A stretch of DNA of 63,068 nt, counting the filler. It is 6 parts of 6 records of this genome, joined end to end, with 100 filler letters (N's around TTAATTAATTAA, not from the genome) between each part and the next. Parts side by side here need not be neighbours in the genome. Positions count along the whole stretch, not along the records: positions 50,947 to 63,068 come from SRR31156797_16322; 5 more parts are not named here. One strand, 5' to 3'. Shown here piece after piece: positions 55,942 through 63,068 of the stretch. The first letter of the stretch is position 1. Every line of letters begins with the position of its first letter. The notes under the pieces are model-generated. The model made no database searches, was not told the origin of the DNA, and saw nothing but the letters and a program-made list of their open reading frames with translations. The position numbers were made by a program, and so were the translations under genes.

Positions 55942-56643
55942 TTAAAAGGGCCACAGATTATCCATGATCCGGGTACCCCACCCCGGTTTCTGCTTGTCCG
56001 CAAGCACCCCCTTGCCGTAATACTCGATCCTGGAGTCCGCAAGATAGGTGGACTTCACCCGGTTGTCAGCAGTGATATCGCTGGGTCTCACCACCCCTGT
56101 CACGCTGATATACTGGACCTCGCCGTTCACCTTCATGGCCTTTCTGCCAAACAGGCTCAGATTGCCGTTGGGCAGTATCTCGGTGATCCGTGCGGCAACG
56201 GAGCCCGTAATCCTGCCGCTACGGTCACTCTTTGCCTCTCCGGTAAAATCGTTTTTATACTCACCACCGACGAGCTTGCCGGTGTTGGTGGCGCCAAGGG
56301 CGGTCACGGTCCCGAACAGGTTGGAAATACCGGCATTGACCTCGGTCTCCCTGGAGGTCTCGGTGTTCACATCCATCTCGGAGGAGGTGTTCTCCACGAT
56401 ATCAACAATCACGGTGTCCCCCACCATGGCCGCCTTGGTATCCTCAAAAAAACGGCTCCGTGAATCCGAGGTCCACAGGGAACCCTCGGCCGGAGGAAGG
56501 GGGGCGTACTTTGGCTGAAGCGCGGGCTGGTCGGACAGCCCCTCGGGCAGCACGGCCATGGTGTCGTTTTGGGTTGTTGTGGCGGCCGTGCACCCCGATA
56601 CCACCAGGGCGGCGAGGAACAGGCCGATCATTTTTTGTTTCAT
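55942..56643 (-). CDS. flgH: Flagellar L-ring lipoprotein FlgH
   Basis: Lipobox VSGC; GSLW, LPNGNL, GVVRPSDI, QKPGW...WPF. Confidence 0.96.
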   Translation of the reverse strand: MKQKMIGLFLAALVVSGCTAATTTQNDTMAVLPEGLSDQPALQPKYAPLPPAEGSLWTSDSRSRFFEDTKAAMVGDTVIVDIVENTSSEMDVNTETSRETEVNAGISNLFGTVTALGATNTGKLVGGEYKNDFTGEAKSDRSGRITGSVAARITEILPNGNLSLFGRKAMKVNGEVQYISVTGVVRPSDITADNRVKSTYLADSRIEYYGKGVLADKQKPGWGTRIMDNLWPF

Positions 56644-56651
56644 AATTTCTC

Positions 56652-57620
56652 CTAGAAAAAGACATCCACGGTTTGGGGTCCCGAGATCCTGCCGAAAACG
56701 GTCTTGCCGGTGGTGATATTCTTGACCAGGATCTGGTCCCCCAGGCTTCCTGCCTGGGTGGCGATCCCGATGGCTTTGATGCGCATCTCGCCCTTGCTGG
56801 CCACCAGGGTCACGCTGTCTCCCTTTTTCACCAGGGGCGGATTCTCCAGCATGCTCTCCCGAAGGTACCCCCCGGATTTGATATTCTGTTTCACCCGCAT
56901 GCCCGGGATACGGCCGATCCGGGTCAGGTAGTTTTCGGGGACTTTCGAGACATTAAGCCGTTTGAGACAAAGATCCCCCGGCTGGAGGATATCTCCCCGG
57001 GACAGACTCCGGGTTGCACAGACCACCGTATCAAAGATGTCCACCCACCCGGAAAGAGACACCCGCCCGCAGGAAACGTTGTCCACGGAAACATCCACAT
57101 GGAGGCTCACCCTGCCCTTGGCCCTTCCCTGTCGCGGCGACCGGACGGAAAACGCCATATGGCCCACGGGATAGAGATCGAGTCCCCTCACCCTGAAGTC
57201 CCTTATTTCAAACGCCTGGTCTCCGAGACGCTCCCGGATGTGATCACGATAAAGTTCCCTGAGGTTCTCTTCAGGCACTTCCTGACTGACCCGTTTGATG
57301 AACACGGAGTCAGGAAAGTTTATCTCCGCGGTTTCAGGCAGCCAGGAAATGGATCGCAGCTTTGACGCAAGACGTTCCCCGGACAGCCTTTTGACTTCGC
57401 CAAGGGCCGGTGAAAATCCCATGGTAAAGGATTCAAGCTCCTCCTTCATCATTCCCGGCGCCCGGACCCGGGCAACATCCTTTAACCGATACTCCCTGGC
57501 ATTGACCCGGGCGTCGGAGTTGATATGGATCTCAATCCCCTTGGACGCACCGCCCTGAACCATGGTGGCTACGACCACCAGGGGCAGTACAAGACCGATT
57601 ATTTTAGCAAGGATTCTCAA
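56652..57620 (-). CDS. flgA: Flagellar P-ring formation chaperone FlgA
   Basis: C-terminal SAF domain and PPLVKKGDSV...G..GDQILVKN; between flgG and flgH. Confidence 0.9.
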   Translation of the reverse strand: MRILAKIIGLVLPLVVVATMVQGGASKGIEIHINSDARVNAREYRLKDVARVRAPGMMKEELESFTMGFSPALGEVKRLSGERLASKLRSISWLPETAEINFPDSVFIKRVSQEVPEENLRELYRDHIRERLGDQAFEIRDFRVRGLDLYPVGHMAFSVRSPRQGRAKGRVSLHVDVSVDNVSCGRVSLSGWVDIFDTVVCATRSLSRGDILQPGDLCLKRLNVSKVPENYLTRIGRIPGMRVKQNIKSGGYLRESMLENPPLVKKGDSVTLVASKGEMRIKAIGIATQAGSLGDQILVKNITTGKTVFGRISGPQTVDVFF

Positions 57621-57638
57621 ACCGGAACATCCCCTTGC

Positions 57639-58421
57639 TTAACGTTTGATACCATTGGCAATACCGAGCATGGCGTCGGCCGTCTGGACCGACTTGGAGT
57701 TTGCTTCATAGGCCCGCTGGCCCACGATCATGTTCACCATCTCCTCCACAACACTCACATTGGACATCTCAAGCCAGTTGTTTACCACCGTACCAAGGGG
57801 CTCTTCCCCCGGGATACCCTCGGTGGCGGGCCCCGAGCCTTCCGTGGGCCGGAAGAGATTCTCCCCCACGGCAAACAGGCCGGCAGGGTTGACGAAGGAG
57901 GAGAGGTTAACCTGCTCGGTGGCAAGGATCTGGTCCTGGGCACCGTGCACGGTCAGGGTGCCGTTGTCCTGGAGGGTGACGAGGGTCGCCTCCACCGGGA
58001 TGGAGATCTCGGGCTGGAGCCGGTCGCCTGCGGCGGTGGTGATGAACCCTTCACTATCCAGGGTGAAGTTGCCGGCACGGGTATAGAGATCCTCGTCCCC
58101 GTGGAGCACCCGAAAGAAGCCCTCTCCCTGGATGAGGAAATCGAGCTCGTTTCCCGTCTGGGTAAAATCCCCCTGGGTGAAGACCTTCTGGACCCCGGAG
58201 GGCCTGACGCCCATTCCTATCTGGATACCCGTGGGAACCTGCCCGCCACCGGGGGTGGTGGCCCCCGCTACCAGCATGGTCTGGTACATGAGATCCTGAA
58301 AATTGGCCCGGCTCTTTTTGAATCCGACGGTGCTGGAGTTGGCCAGGTTATTGGCAACCACATCGGTCTGTGTCTGCTGGGCGTTCATGCCGGTGGCAGA
58401 CGTCCATAGCGCTCGTATCAT
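57639..58421 (-). CDS. flgG: Flagellar basal-body rod protein FlgG
   Basis: ATGMNAQQ..DVVANNLAN, FQDLMYQ, YTRAGNF, LEMSNVSVVEEMVNMIVGQRAYEANSK. Confidence 0.97.
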   Translation of the reverse strand: MIRALWTSATGMNAQQTQTDVVANNLANSSTVGFKKSRANFQDLMYQTMLVAGATTPGGGQVPTGIQIGMGVRPSGVQKVFTQGDFTQTGNELDFLIQGEGFFRVLHGDEDLYTRAGNFTLDSEGFITTAAGDRLQPEISIPVEATLVTLQDNGTLTVHGAQDQILATEQVNLSSFVNPAGLFAVGENLFRPTEGSGPATEGIPGEEPLGTVVNNWLEMSNVSVVEEMVNMIVGQRAYEANSKSVQTADAMLGIANGIKR

Positions 58422-58440
58422 AATGTTCTCCCTTACATTT

Positions 58441-59121
58441 TTACTGGAGTTTACCCAGAGAGTTTATCGCCTGACCATCAACCTCGTCAAAGGTGATCAT
58501 CATCTTCTGAAACGTCTCGTACATCCTGTGGTGGTCGATCATGTTCACCATCTCCTCCACAGGCTTTACCCCGGAAAGCTCAAGGGCTCCCTGGGCAACG
58601 GCCACGTTGACAGGCGCCGCTTCATCCGCTGCATCGCCCTTGTAAACAAAATTGTTCACGCCCTCTTTCTGGAGTTTTTCCAGATCGCCAAAGGTGACGA
58701 TGTCGAGCTGATCAATAATGGCACCGTCCCCGCGGATCTCGCCTGCGGCATTGATATCGACAACCGCCGCGTCAATGGTGATGGGACCGGCCTGACCCAG
58801 GACGGCATCACCGTTCTGATCCACCAGCACCCCCTGGTTGTTAAGGGAGAATGCACCGTTCCGGGTGTATCTGACGCCGGCAGCGGTATCAACCTTGAAA
58901 AAGCCCTCATCGGTCAAGGCGATATCCAGGGGATTTCCCGTATGTTTCACCCCTGCCTGGGTCAGATCGGTGTTGAGTTTGGCCTTGAACACCTTGTCAA
59001 AACTGACAACGTCCTTTTTAAAACCTGCGGTATCCGTATTGGCCAGATGATTGGATGTCACCTCAAGTTTTCTCTCCTGCCGCAGGCCGCCCTGGACAGG
59101 TCGTGTCATCTCAAGAATCAT
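58441..59121 (-). CDS. flgF: Flagellar basal-body rod protein FlgF
   Basis: LANTDTAGFK, TGNPLDIAL, YTRNGAF, QGALELS; directly upstream of flgG. Confidence 0.88.
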   Translation of the reverse strand: MILEMTRPVQGGLRQERKLEVTSNHLANTDTAGFKKDVVSFDKVFKAKLNTDLTQAGVKHTGNPLDIALTDEGFFKVDTAAGVRYTRNGAFSLNNQGVLVDQNGDAVLGQAGPITIDAAVVDINAAGEIRGDGAIIDQLDIVTFGDLEKLQKEGVNNFVYKGDAADEAAPVNVAVAQGALELSGVKPVEEMVNMIDHHRMYETFQKMMITFDEVDGQAINSLGKLQ

Positions 59122-59163
59122 GATCGTTTCCTTTCCCTAATCTAACGTTTTTAGCTTAACAGT

Positions 59164-59179
59164 AGCAATAACGGTGCCA
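59164..59179 (-). promoter_or_regulatory. Sigma-54 promoter of the flgF operon
   Basis: Consensus TGGCAC-CGTTA-TTGCT about 42 nt upstream of the flgF ATG. Confidence 0.85.
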
Positions 59180-59296
59180 GGACTTTAACAATCTCAAAAA
59201 ATCACCCGCCGTCTATGTAGGGAAAGACCGGGGACAGGCATAAAAAACCGCAAATACAGGGGGGAAAAGCGGTGGGCGGCCGACTTTAGAAACCGT

Positions 59297-59453
59297 AAAA
59301 AAAAGGGGTCAGGCTTAGCTTATTGGTGAATATTGCTCTGTCCTTTGAGTGTATTTTCAATAAGCTAAGCCTGAGCCCGAAGGTATGAGCCTGCCCCCGG
59401 AGGTATGCCCCCCGGAGGATGTGCCCCCGAAAATATGAGCTAAGCCTTCCCCC
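59297..59453. repeat. Long hairpin plus short degenerate tandem repeats (REP-like cluster, possible terminator on the minus strand)
   Basis: 17-bp perfect arms TCAGGCTTAGCTTATTG (59309-59325) and CAATAAGCTAAGCCTGA (59358-59374); four GCCC(CC)GrAGGTATG-like units; a third partial arm at 59438. Confidence 0.65.
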
Positions 59454-59527
59454 TAAGGGGAGGATGCAAAAAGACGGATTCATGACACTGGAAAGCTGTG
59501 ATCTTGACGCCCGACGGAAAAAACTGC

Positions 59528-59803
59528 CTAGCGCTTTGGCCGGGTCTTGTTGATGGAATATACAAAGGCAAGGAGTTCGGCCACGGCCACATAGACATCC
59601 TGGGGAATCTCTTCGTCCAGATCCATGCCCGAGAGCACTTCCACAAGATCAGGGTCCTCATGGACCGGGACGTTGTGCTTTTCGGCAATCTCAATGATCT
59701 TTTCTGCAACGACTCCCCTTCCCTTGGCCGTGACCCGGGGGGCGCCTGCGATTTCAGGATCGTATTTCAGTGCCGTGGCTTTTTTTCGTTTATCACGGTT
59801 CAT
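59528..59803 (-). CDS. FlhB cytoplasmic-domain-like protein (EscU/YscU/HrcU family, FlhX/YlqH-like)
   Basis: ALKYD...APRVTAKGRG..AEKII...EEIP..VYVAVAELLAFVY; 91 aa with no TM region. Confidence 0.9.
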   Translation of the reverse strand: MNRDKRKKATALKYDPEIAGAPRVTAKGRGVVAEKIIEIAEKHNVPVHEDPDLVEVLSGMDLDEEIPQDVYVAVAELLAFVYSINKTRPKR

Positions 59804-59819
59804 GGCATTTCCTCAAGAT

Positions 59820-61049
59820 TCACACCACCAGATCCAGGCTCCCGGATCCGTCCTCCCCCCCCCTGTCAACAAGGGCGGCTTCGGAGACAGGTTCCGGAGT
59901 TCCCCTGCGGCACTCCACTTGAAGCACCTGAAAACCATGGGTTCCCAACCGCTTTCGAAGGGTCGGTATCATGGTCCTGATAAAGGAGACAACACCTTCA
60001 TCTTCCACCTGAAAAATGGCTGAAATATCCTTGTCCAACACGGAGAGATCGACCCGTAAAGGCCCCAGGTTTGTCATGGTCAAAAACACCGACACCCGGA
60101 CCAGGCGGGGGGCGTCTTGTCGCGACTCCTTTTTTTTCCCGCCAAGATCAAAAAAAAGCTGGCCAAAACTGAATGAATTGCTGCTGAAGATTGGAAACGG
60201 GATCAGGTATTTTGCCGATTCCGACGAGTGGCTGTTCAACACCTGGAATTTTTCAATGGCATCTACAAACTCCCGAAGGGGCAGAAGCTGCTCCTTTTCC
60301 TCCGGTTCGGCCTGGGACAGGAGGGATAGCAAAAAACCCTTGAGGTCATTTTGCCGGACCCTTTGGAGATCCGCCGGATGCACATCCTTTGGCAGAAGAT
60401 CGGCCTTGCCGGATAAAGCCGGTTCATCCGTAACAAGGGTTGCCAGGCTCTTCTCCCACAAAAGCCCGCTTTTTTCCAGAAGGCGGGGTACAAACCGGGT
60501 ATCCGCGTCACCGGACTTGAGGGATAATGAAAGGAGCAGGTCCCTTAAATGATTGAGCCGGGCCGGGGTCAACCCCCTCTTCGACGTTACGATTGTTTTT
60601 TCCGCCATGGAAGCGTTTGCAGCATCTGAGTCATCGACACTGCCGGGAAGATTTGGCCCATCCGGACCGCTGGAAGGCATGGTGAGCAGAGGAAGGACAA
60701 GTTTTGCAAGCCCTGCAAAGGGACTCTGCCCGGTAAGGGAACCAAGGGCGGCGAGCACCGGGCCCGGGAGCTGGAAAGGCTTGGCCACGGAGGCCATGGG
60801 CTTCAAAACCTCGAATCCGCCCTTGCCGGTCACCTTGAGCTGAAGGGTCTCGCCCTGGACGAGGAGATGCGAGGTGTCCGCCGTCACCCTTTTTCCGGCG
60901 ACCATCAGTTCCGCCCGGGTGGAAGAGAGAACCTTCAGGACGGTCGCATCCACGACCTGGTTTTTAACGAACAGGGGCACACCCGCTTTTCCCCGGCCCT
61001 GCTGCTGCTTAAAAAGCTCAGGGGAAAAGATCTGCACCCCCTGTATCAC
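59820..61049 (-). CDS. FliK-like hook-length control domain protein
   Basis: C-terminal FLTMTNLGPLRVDL...LRKRLGTHGFQV matches Flg_hook-type domains; paired with the FlhB-like gene. Confidence 0.7.
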   Translation of the reverse strand: MIQGVQIFSPELFKQQQGRGKAGVPLFVKNQVVDATVLKVLSSTRAELMVAGKRVTADTSHLLVQGETLQLKVTGKGGFEVLKPMASVAKPFQLPGPVLAALGSLTGQSPFAGLAKLVLPLLTMPSSGPDGPNLPGSVDDSDAANASMAEKTIVTSKRGLTPARLNHLRDLLLSLSLKSGDADTRFVPRLLEKSGLLWEKSLATLVTDEPALSGKADLLPKDVHPADLQRVRQNDLKGFLLSLLSQAEPEEKEQLLPLREFVDAIEKFQVLNSHSSESAKYLIPFPIFSSNSFSFGQLFFDLGGKKKESRQDAPRLVRVSVFLTMTNLGPLRVDLSVLDKDISAIFQVEDEGVVSFIRTMIPTLRKRLGTHGFQVLQVECRRGTPEPVSEAALVDRGGEDGSGSLDLVV

Positions 61050-61621
61050 TCGAGGGTCTCCATCGCCACGAACTTCTTCTTAAGATTGATGACGATCTTC
61101 ACCTCGCCCTTTGGCATGGAAAGGCGGGAAGCGATGGCATCCACGTCAAGACCCTGTTCATAGAGATCGACGATGCTCTGTTGCTGGTCAAAGACATCCT
61201 CCTCAAAGGCATCACGGACCGTGGCCATGGGAGTGGACCCGCCGCCAGGGGCGGACTGGGAAGCGTTCGTTGCCCGGTCAAGCATGGCTTCGGCCCTGGA
61301 AAGCAGAAGGTTGATACTGATGATCCTGGAATCAAGGGAGTCGTTCAACCCCCCTATCAGATTTTTCTTGTCCCGGATCTGCTGGTCAAAGCTGGTGGCG
61401 GCAGCGTCGGCTTCCTTCACCAGGGGTTCAAGCATATCAATGATCTGGGATGCCGTCCGGCCGGCCTCGTCTGCAACCCCCGCCATGTCTTCCTGGACAG
61501 GTTTCTCCTCTTTGCCCAGGCTTTTCAGCCGTTTGAACAGAACCATGAAGAGCCCCAGTAATACAAGATCAATAAAGAGCTGAATCCCTACCCCAATTTC
61601 GCTTAAAAACGGTGTTGTCAT
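61046..61621 (-). CDS. Flagella-associated membrane protein with C-terminal HTH (DUF6115/DUF2802-like)
   Basis: N-terminal TM helix, coiled coil, LYEQGLDVDAIASRLSMPKGEVKIVINL. Confidence 0.7.
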   Translation of the reverse strand: MTTPFLSEIGVGIQLFIDLVLLGLFMVLFKRLKSLGKEEKPVQEDMAGVADEAGRTASQIIDMLEPLVKEADAAATSFDQQIRDKKNLIGGLNDSLDSRIISINLLLSRAEAMLDRATNASQSAPGGGSTPMATVRDAFEEDVFDQQQSIVDLYEQGLDVDAIASRLSMPKGEVKIVINLKKKFVAMETLE

Positions 61622-61914
61622 GCTACGGTATCAAGCAGATTCCCGGTGTCGTCAGGTCGCTGCTTCCTTTCCATTTTTTTCTTTGCCTTGGTTTTTGTTG
61701 ACCGTTCCCCGGGCCGTTTCTCTTTTTCCTTGTCGGCCGCTAACCTCTCGGAACTGGTGGGCTCCTGGACCTTTGTCTTTTCAACGGCCACCACTTCAGC
61801 CTGCAGGTTTGCAAACTGTTCCGGATTTGGCCTGTTGGGTTTAACATGCTGGGTTGCCTCGTGCAGAACCCCAGCCTGCTGAATAACGATGTTGTGACCT
61901 GGTATGGTAGTCAT
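61618..61914 (-). CDS. Hypothetical flagellar operon protein
   Basis: GGAGG RBS; Lys-rich tail ending in TGNLLDTVA; ATGA overlap with the next gene. Confidence 0.7.
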   Translation of the reverse strand: MTTIPGHNIVIQQAGVLHEATQHVKPNRPNPEQFANLQAEVVAVEKTKVQEPTSSERLAADKEKEKRPGERSTKTKAKKKMERKQRPDDTGNLLDTVA

Positions 61915-61925
61915 CTCAACCCTCC

Positions 61926-63068
61926 TTAGCCGGTGCTAAAGGTGGTAAATGTCACCCGGTCAATGTACTGACCCGGCAGAACCCGGTTCAACGCCTCTTT
62001 TATATTCCCCAGAAGATCTGCCTCGGTGACCTTGTCCCCCTTTTTCGATCCAAGGGCACTGCCCATGGCATCAAAAATGAGATCCCTGTAAAGGGGTAAA
62101 TGTTTGTTAATCGCTGTAAGCGCCCTGTGGTCGGAGTAATCGATGGAGACACTTGCAGTGACATAGGATAACTCGGACTTCTTGCCGGGAACCAGCAGAA
62201 AGAAATCTTTCAGAACGATATTGCCCGGTCCCTCAACCTTGGGTGGAGATGTCGTCAGATCAATATCCACGGTCGCCACCTGGGGTTCCGGCAAAGGTGC
62301 TACCTCCGCCACCGTCTCCAGGGGAACCGGGACCGGCTCCTTGGCTGTAAAAAACTTGAGATAGCCCACCGGCAGGATCACCGCCAGAAGCAAACCGGCC
62401 GCGCAGCAGGCCAGGACCTTTTTGGATTGGTACCATTTCCCGGCGGGCACAGCCTCGTCACGGTCTGGCTCAAGCTGAGCCACCTCGGCCAACGCCTCTT
62501 CCGCCTCTTCCAGGATCACCTGGTGGTCATCCAGGTCAAGCTCATCCGAATCCACGGTGAAGTCCAGGTCCGGCTCCACCTCCCCGTCCAGACTACCTAG
62601 GATATCTTCATCCGCCTCTTCGGAATCCATCAAGAGCTCATCAATGTCATCCTGGGAGATGAGATCGCCCCCGGTATCAGCGCCGAGCTCGTCACCCTTG
62701 AGCAGATCATCAATATCGTCCTGGGTCACGTCCTGCTCTTCCGCGACAGCAGGTTCTGGAACGGGTTCCGGCCCCAGAAGCTGGTCCAGATCAATTTCAG
62801 GCTCCGGCTCCGGTTCCGGCTCAGGTACTGGCTCGGGCTCGGGCTCGGGTACTGGCTCGGGCTCGGGCTCGGATACTGGCTCCGGCTCCGGCTCGGGTGC
62901 TTCGGCCAGCAGCCGGTCAATGGTTTCCTGGGTAACCAGGCACTCCTCCGCATCAACAGCCTCGGACTCGTCAATCACGATATCCTGGGTATCCGCCGGT
63001 TCAGGAACCGCTGAAGCAGGGGCGTCCTCCTCGCCAGACATGAGCCGGTCGATATCATCCTGGGACAC
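61926..63068 (-). CDS. fliL: FliL family protein with long acidic cytoplasmic N-terminal extension, 5'-truncated
   Basis: Single TM helix then FliL-like domain (LKDFFLLV...SYVTASVSI...YRDLIF...IKEALNRVL....IDRVTFTTF). Confidence 0.8.
   Translation of the reverse strand: MSQDDIDRLMSGEEDAPASAVPEPADTQDIVIDESEAVDAEECLVTQETIDRLLAEAPEPEPEPVSEPEPEPVPEPEPEPVPEPEPEPEPEIDLDQLLGPEPVPEPAVAEEQDVTQDDIDDLLKGDELGADTGGDLISQDDIDELLMDSEEADEDILGSLDGEVEPDLDFTVDSDELDLDDHQVILEEAEEALAEVAQLEPDRDEAVPAGKWYQSKKVLACCAAGLLLAVILPVGYLKFFTAKEPVPVPLETVAEVAPLPEPQVATVDIDLTTSPPKVEGPGNIVLKDFFLLVPGKKSELSYVTASVSIDYSDHRALTAINKHLPLYRDLIFDAMGSALGSKKGDKVTEADLLGNIKEALNRVLPGQYIDRVTFTTFSTG
62796..62897 (-). repeat. Coding tandem repeat encoding a (Pro-Glu)n linker
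   Basis: About three 24-bp units like TACTGGCTCGGGCTCGGGCTCGGG, built from 6-bp subunits. Confidence 0.85.

Noticed and set aside
54739-58409. Long plus-strand ORFs such as 54739-55779, 54797-55771 and 57525-58409
   Set aside because: Antisense shadows of flgI, flgA and flgG in GC-rich DNA, with no recognisable motifs.
59375-59437. Short repeats as a CRISPR array
   Set aside because: Units are about 15 bp, degenerate and lack unique spacers; no cas genes nearby.
62796-62897. 24-bp tandem repeat as a non-coding array
   Set aside because: It is in frame and encodes the Pro-Glu linker of FliL.

Overview
This window is not one locus. It is six unrelated contigs joined by artificial 100-bp spacers (44 N + TTAATTAATTAA + 44 N). 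Taxonomic labels are inferred from gene content and base composition only. (1) 1-6402, AT-rich and Bacteroidota-like: gingipain-like C25 protease with a T9SS tail, PIG-L deacetylase, orphan lipoprotein. (2) 6503-12243, GC-rich and Planctomycetota-like: two tiny lipoproteins, a FlgM-like protein, a membrane Ser/Thr kinase with TPRs, a homocysteine S-methyltransferase. (3) 12344-24007, Bacteroidota polysaccharide utilisation locus: SusD, a lipoprotein, five consecutive T9SS cargo proteins (including two paralogous PL1-like lyases) and an esterase. (4) 24108-35240, Desulfobacterales-like: an RsbR-S-T-X stressosome operon between an output-less periplasmic sensor (broken by an in-frame TAA) and a histidine kinase, plus a response regulator and FapA. 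(5) 35341-50846, Desulfovibrionaceae-like: U32 protein, PHP, Trm112-like, two Hsp20, two-component genes, and a tolQ-tolR pair followed by a TonB/TolA-like protein fused to an apparently dead alpha/beta hydrolase. (6) 50947-63068, Desulfobacterales-like flagellar cluster (fliL ... flgF-G-A-H-I-J-N-K). The best novelty candidates are the TolQR-coupled pseudo-hydrolase, a FliL carrying tandem FliM/CheZ-like CheY-binding peptides, and the stressosome locus with a possible split sensor/kinase helix pair. No rRNA, tRNA, CRISPR array or transposase was recognised.
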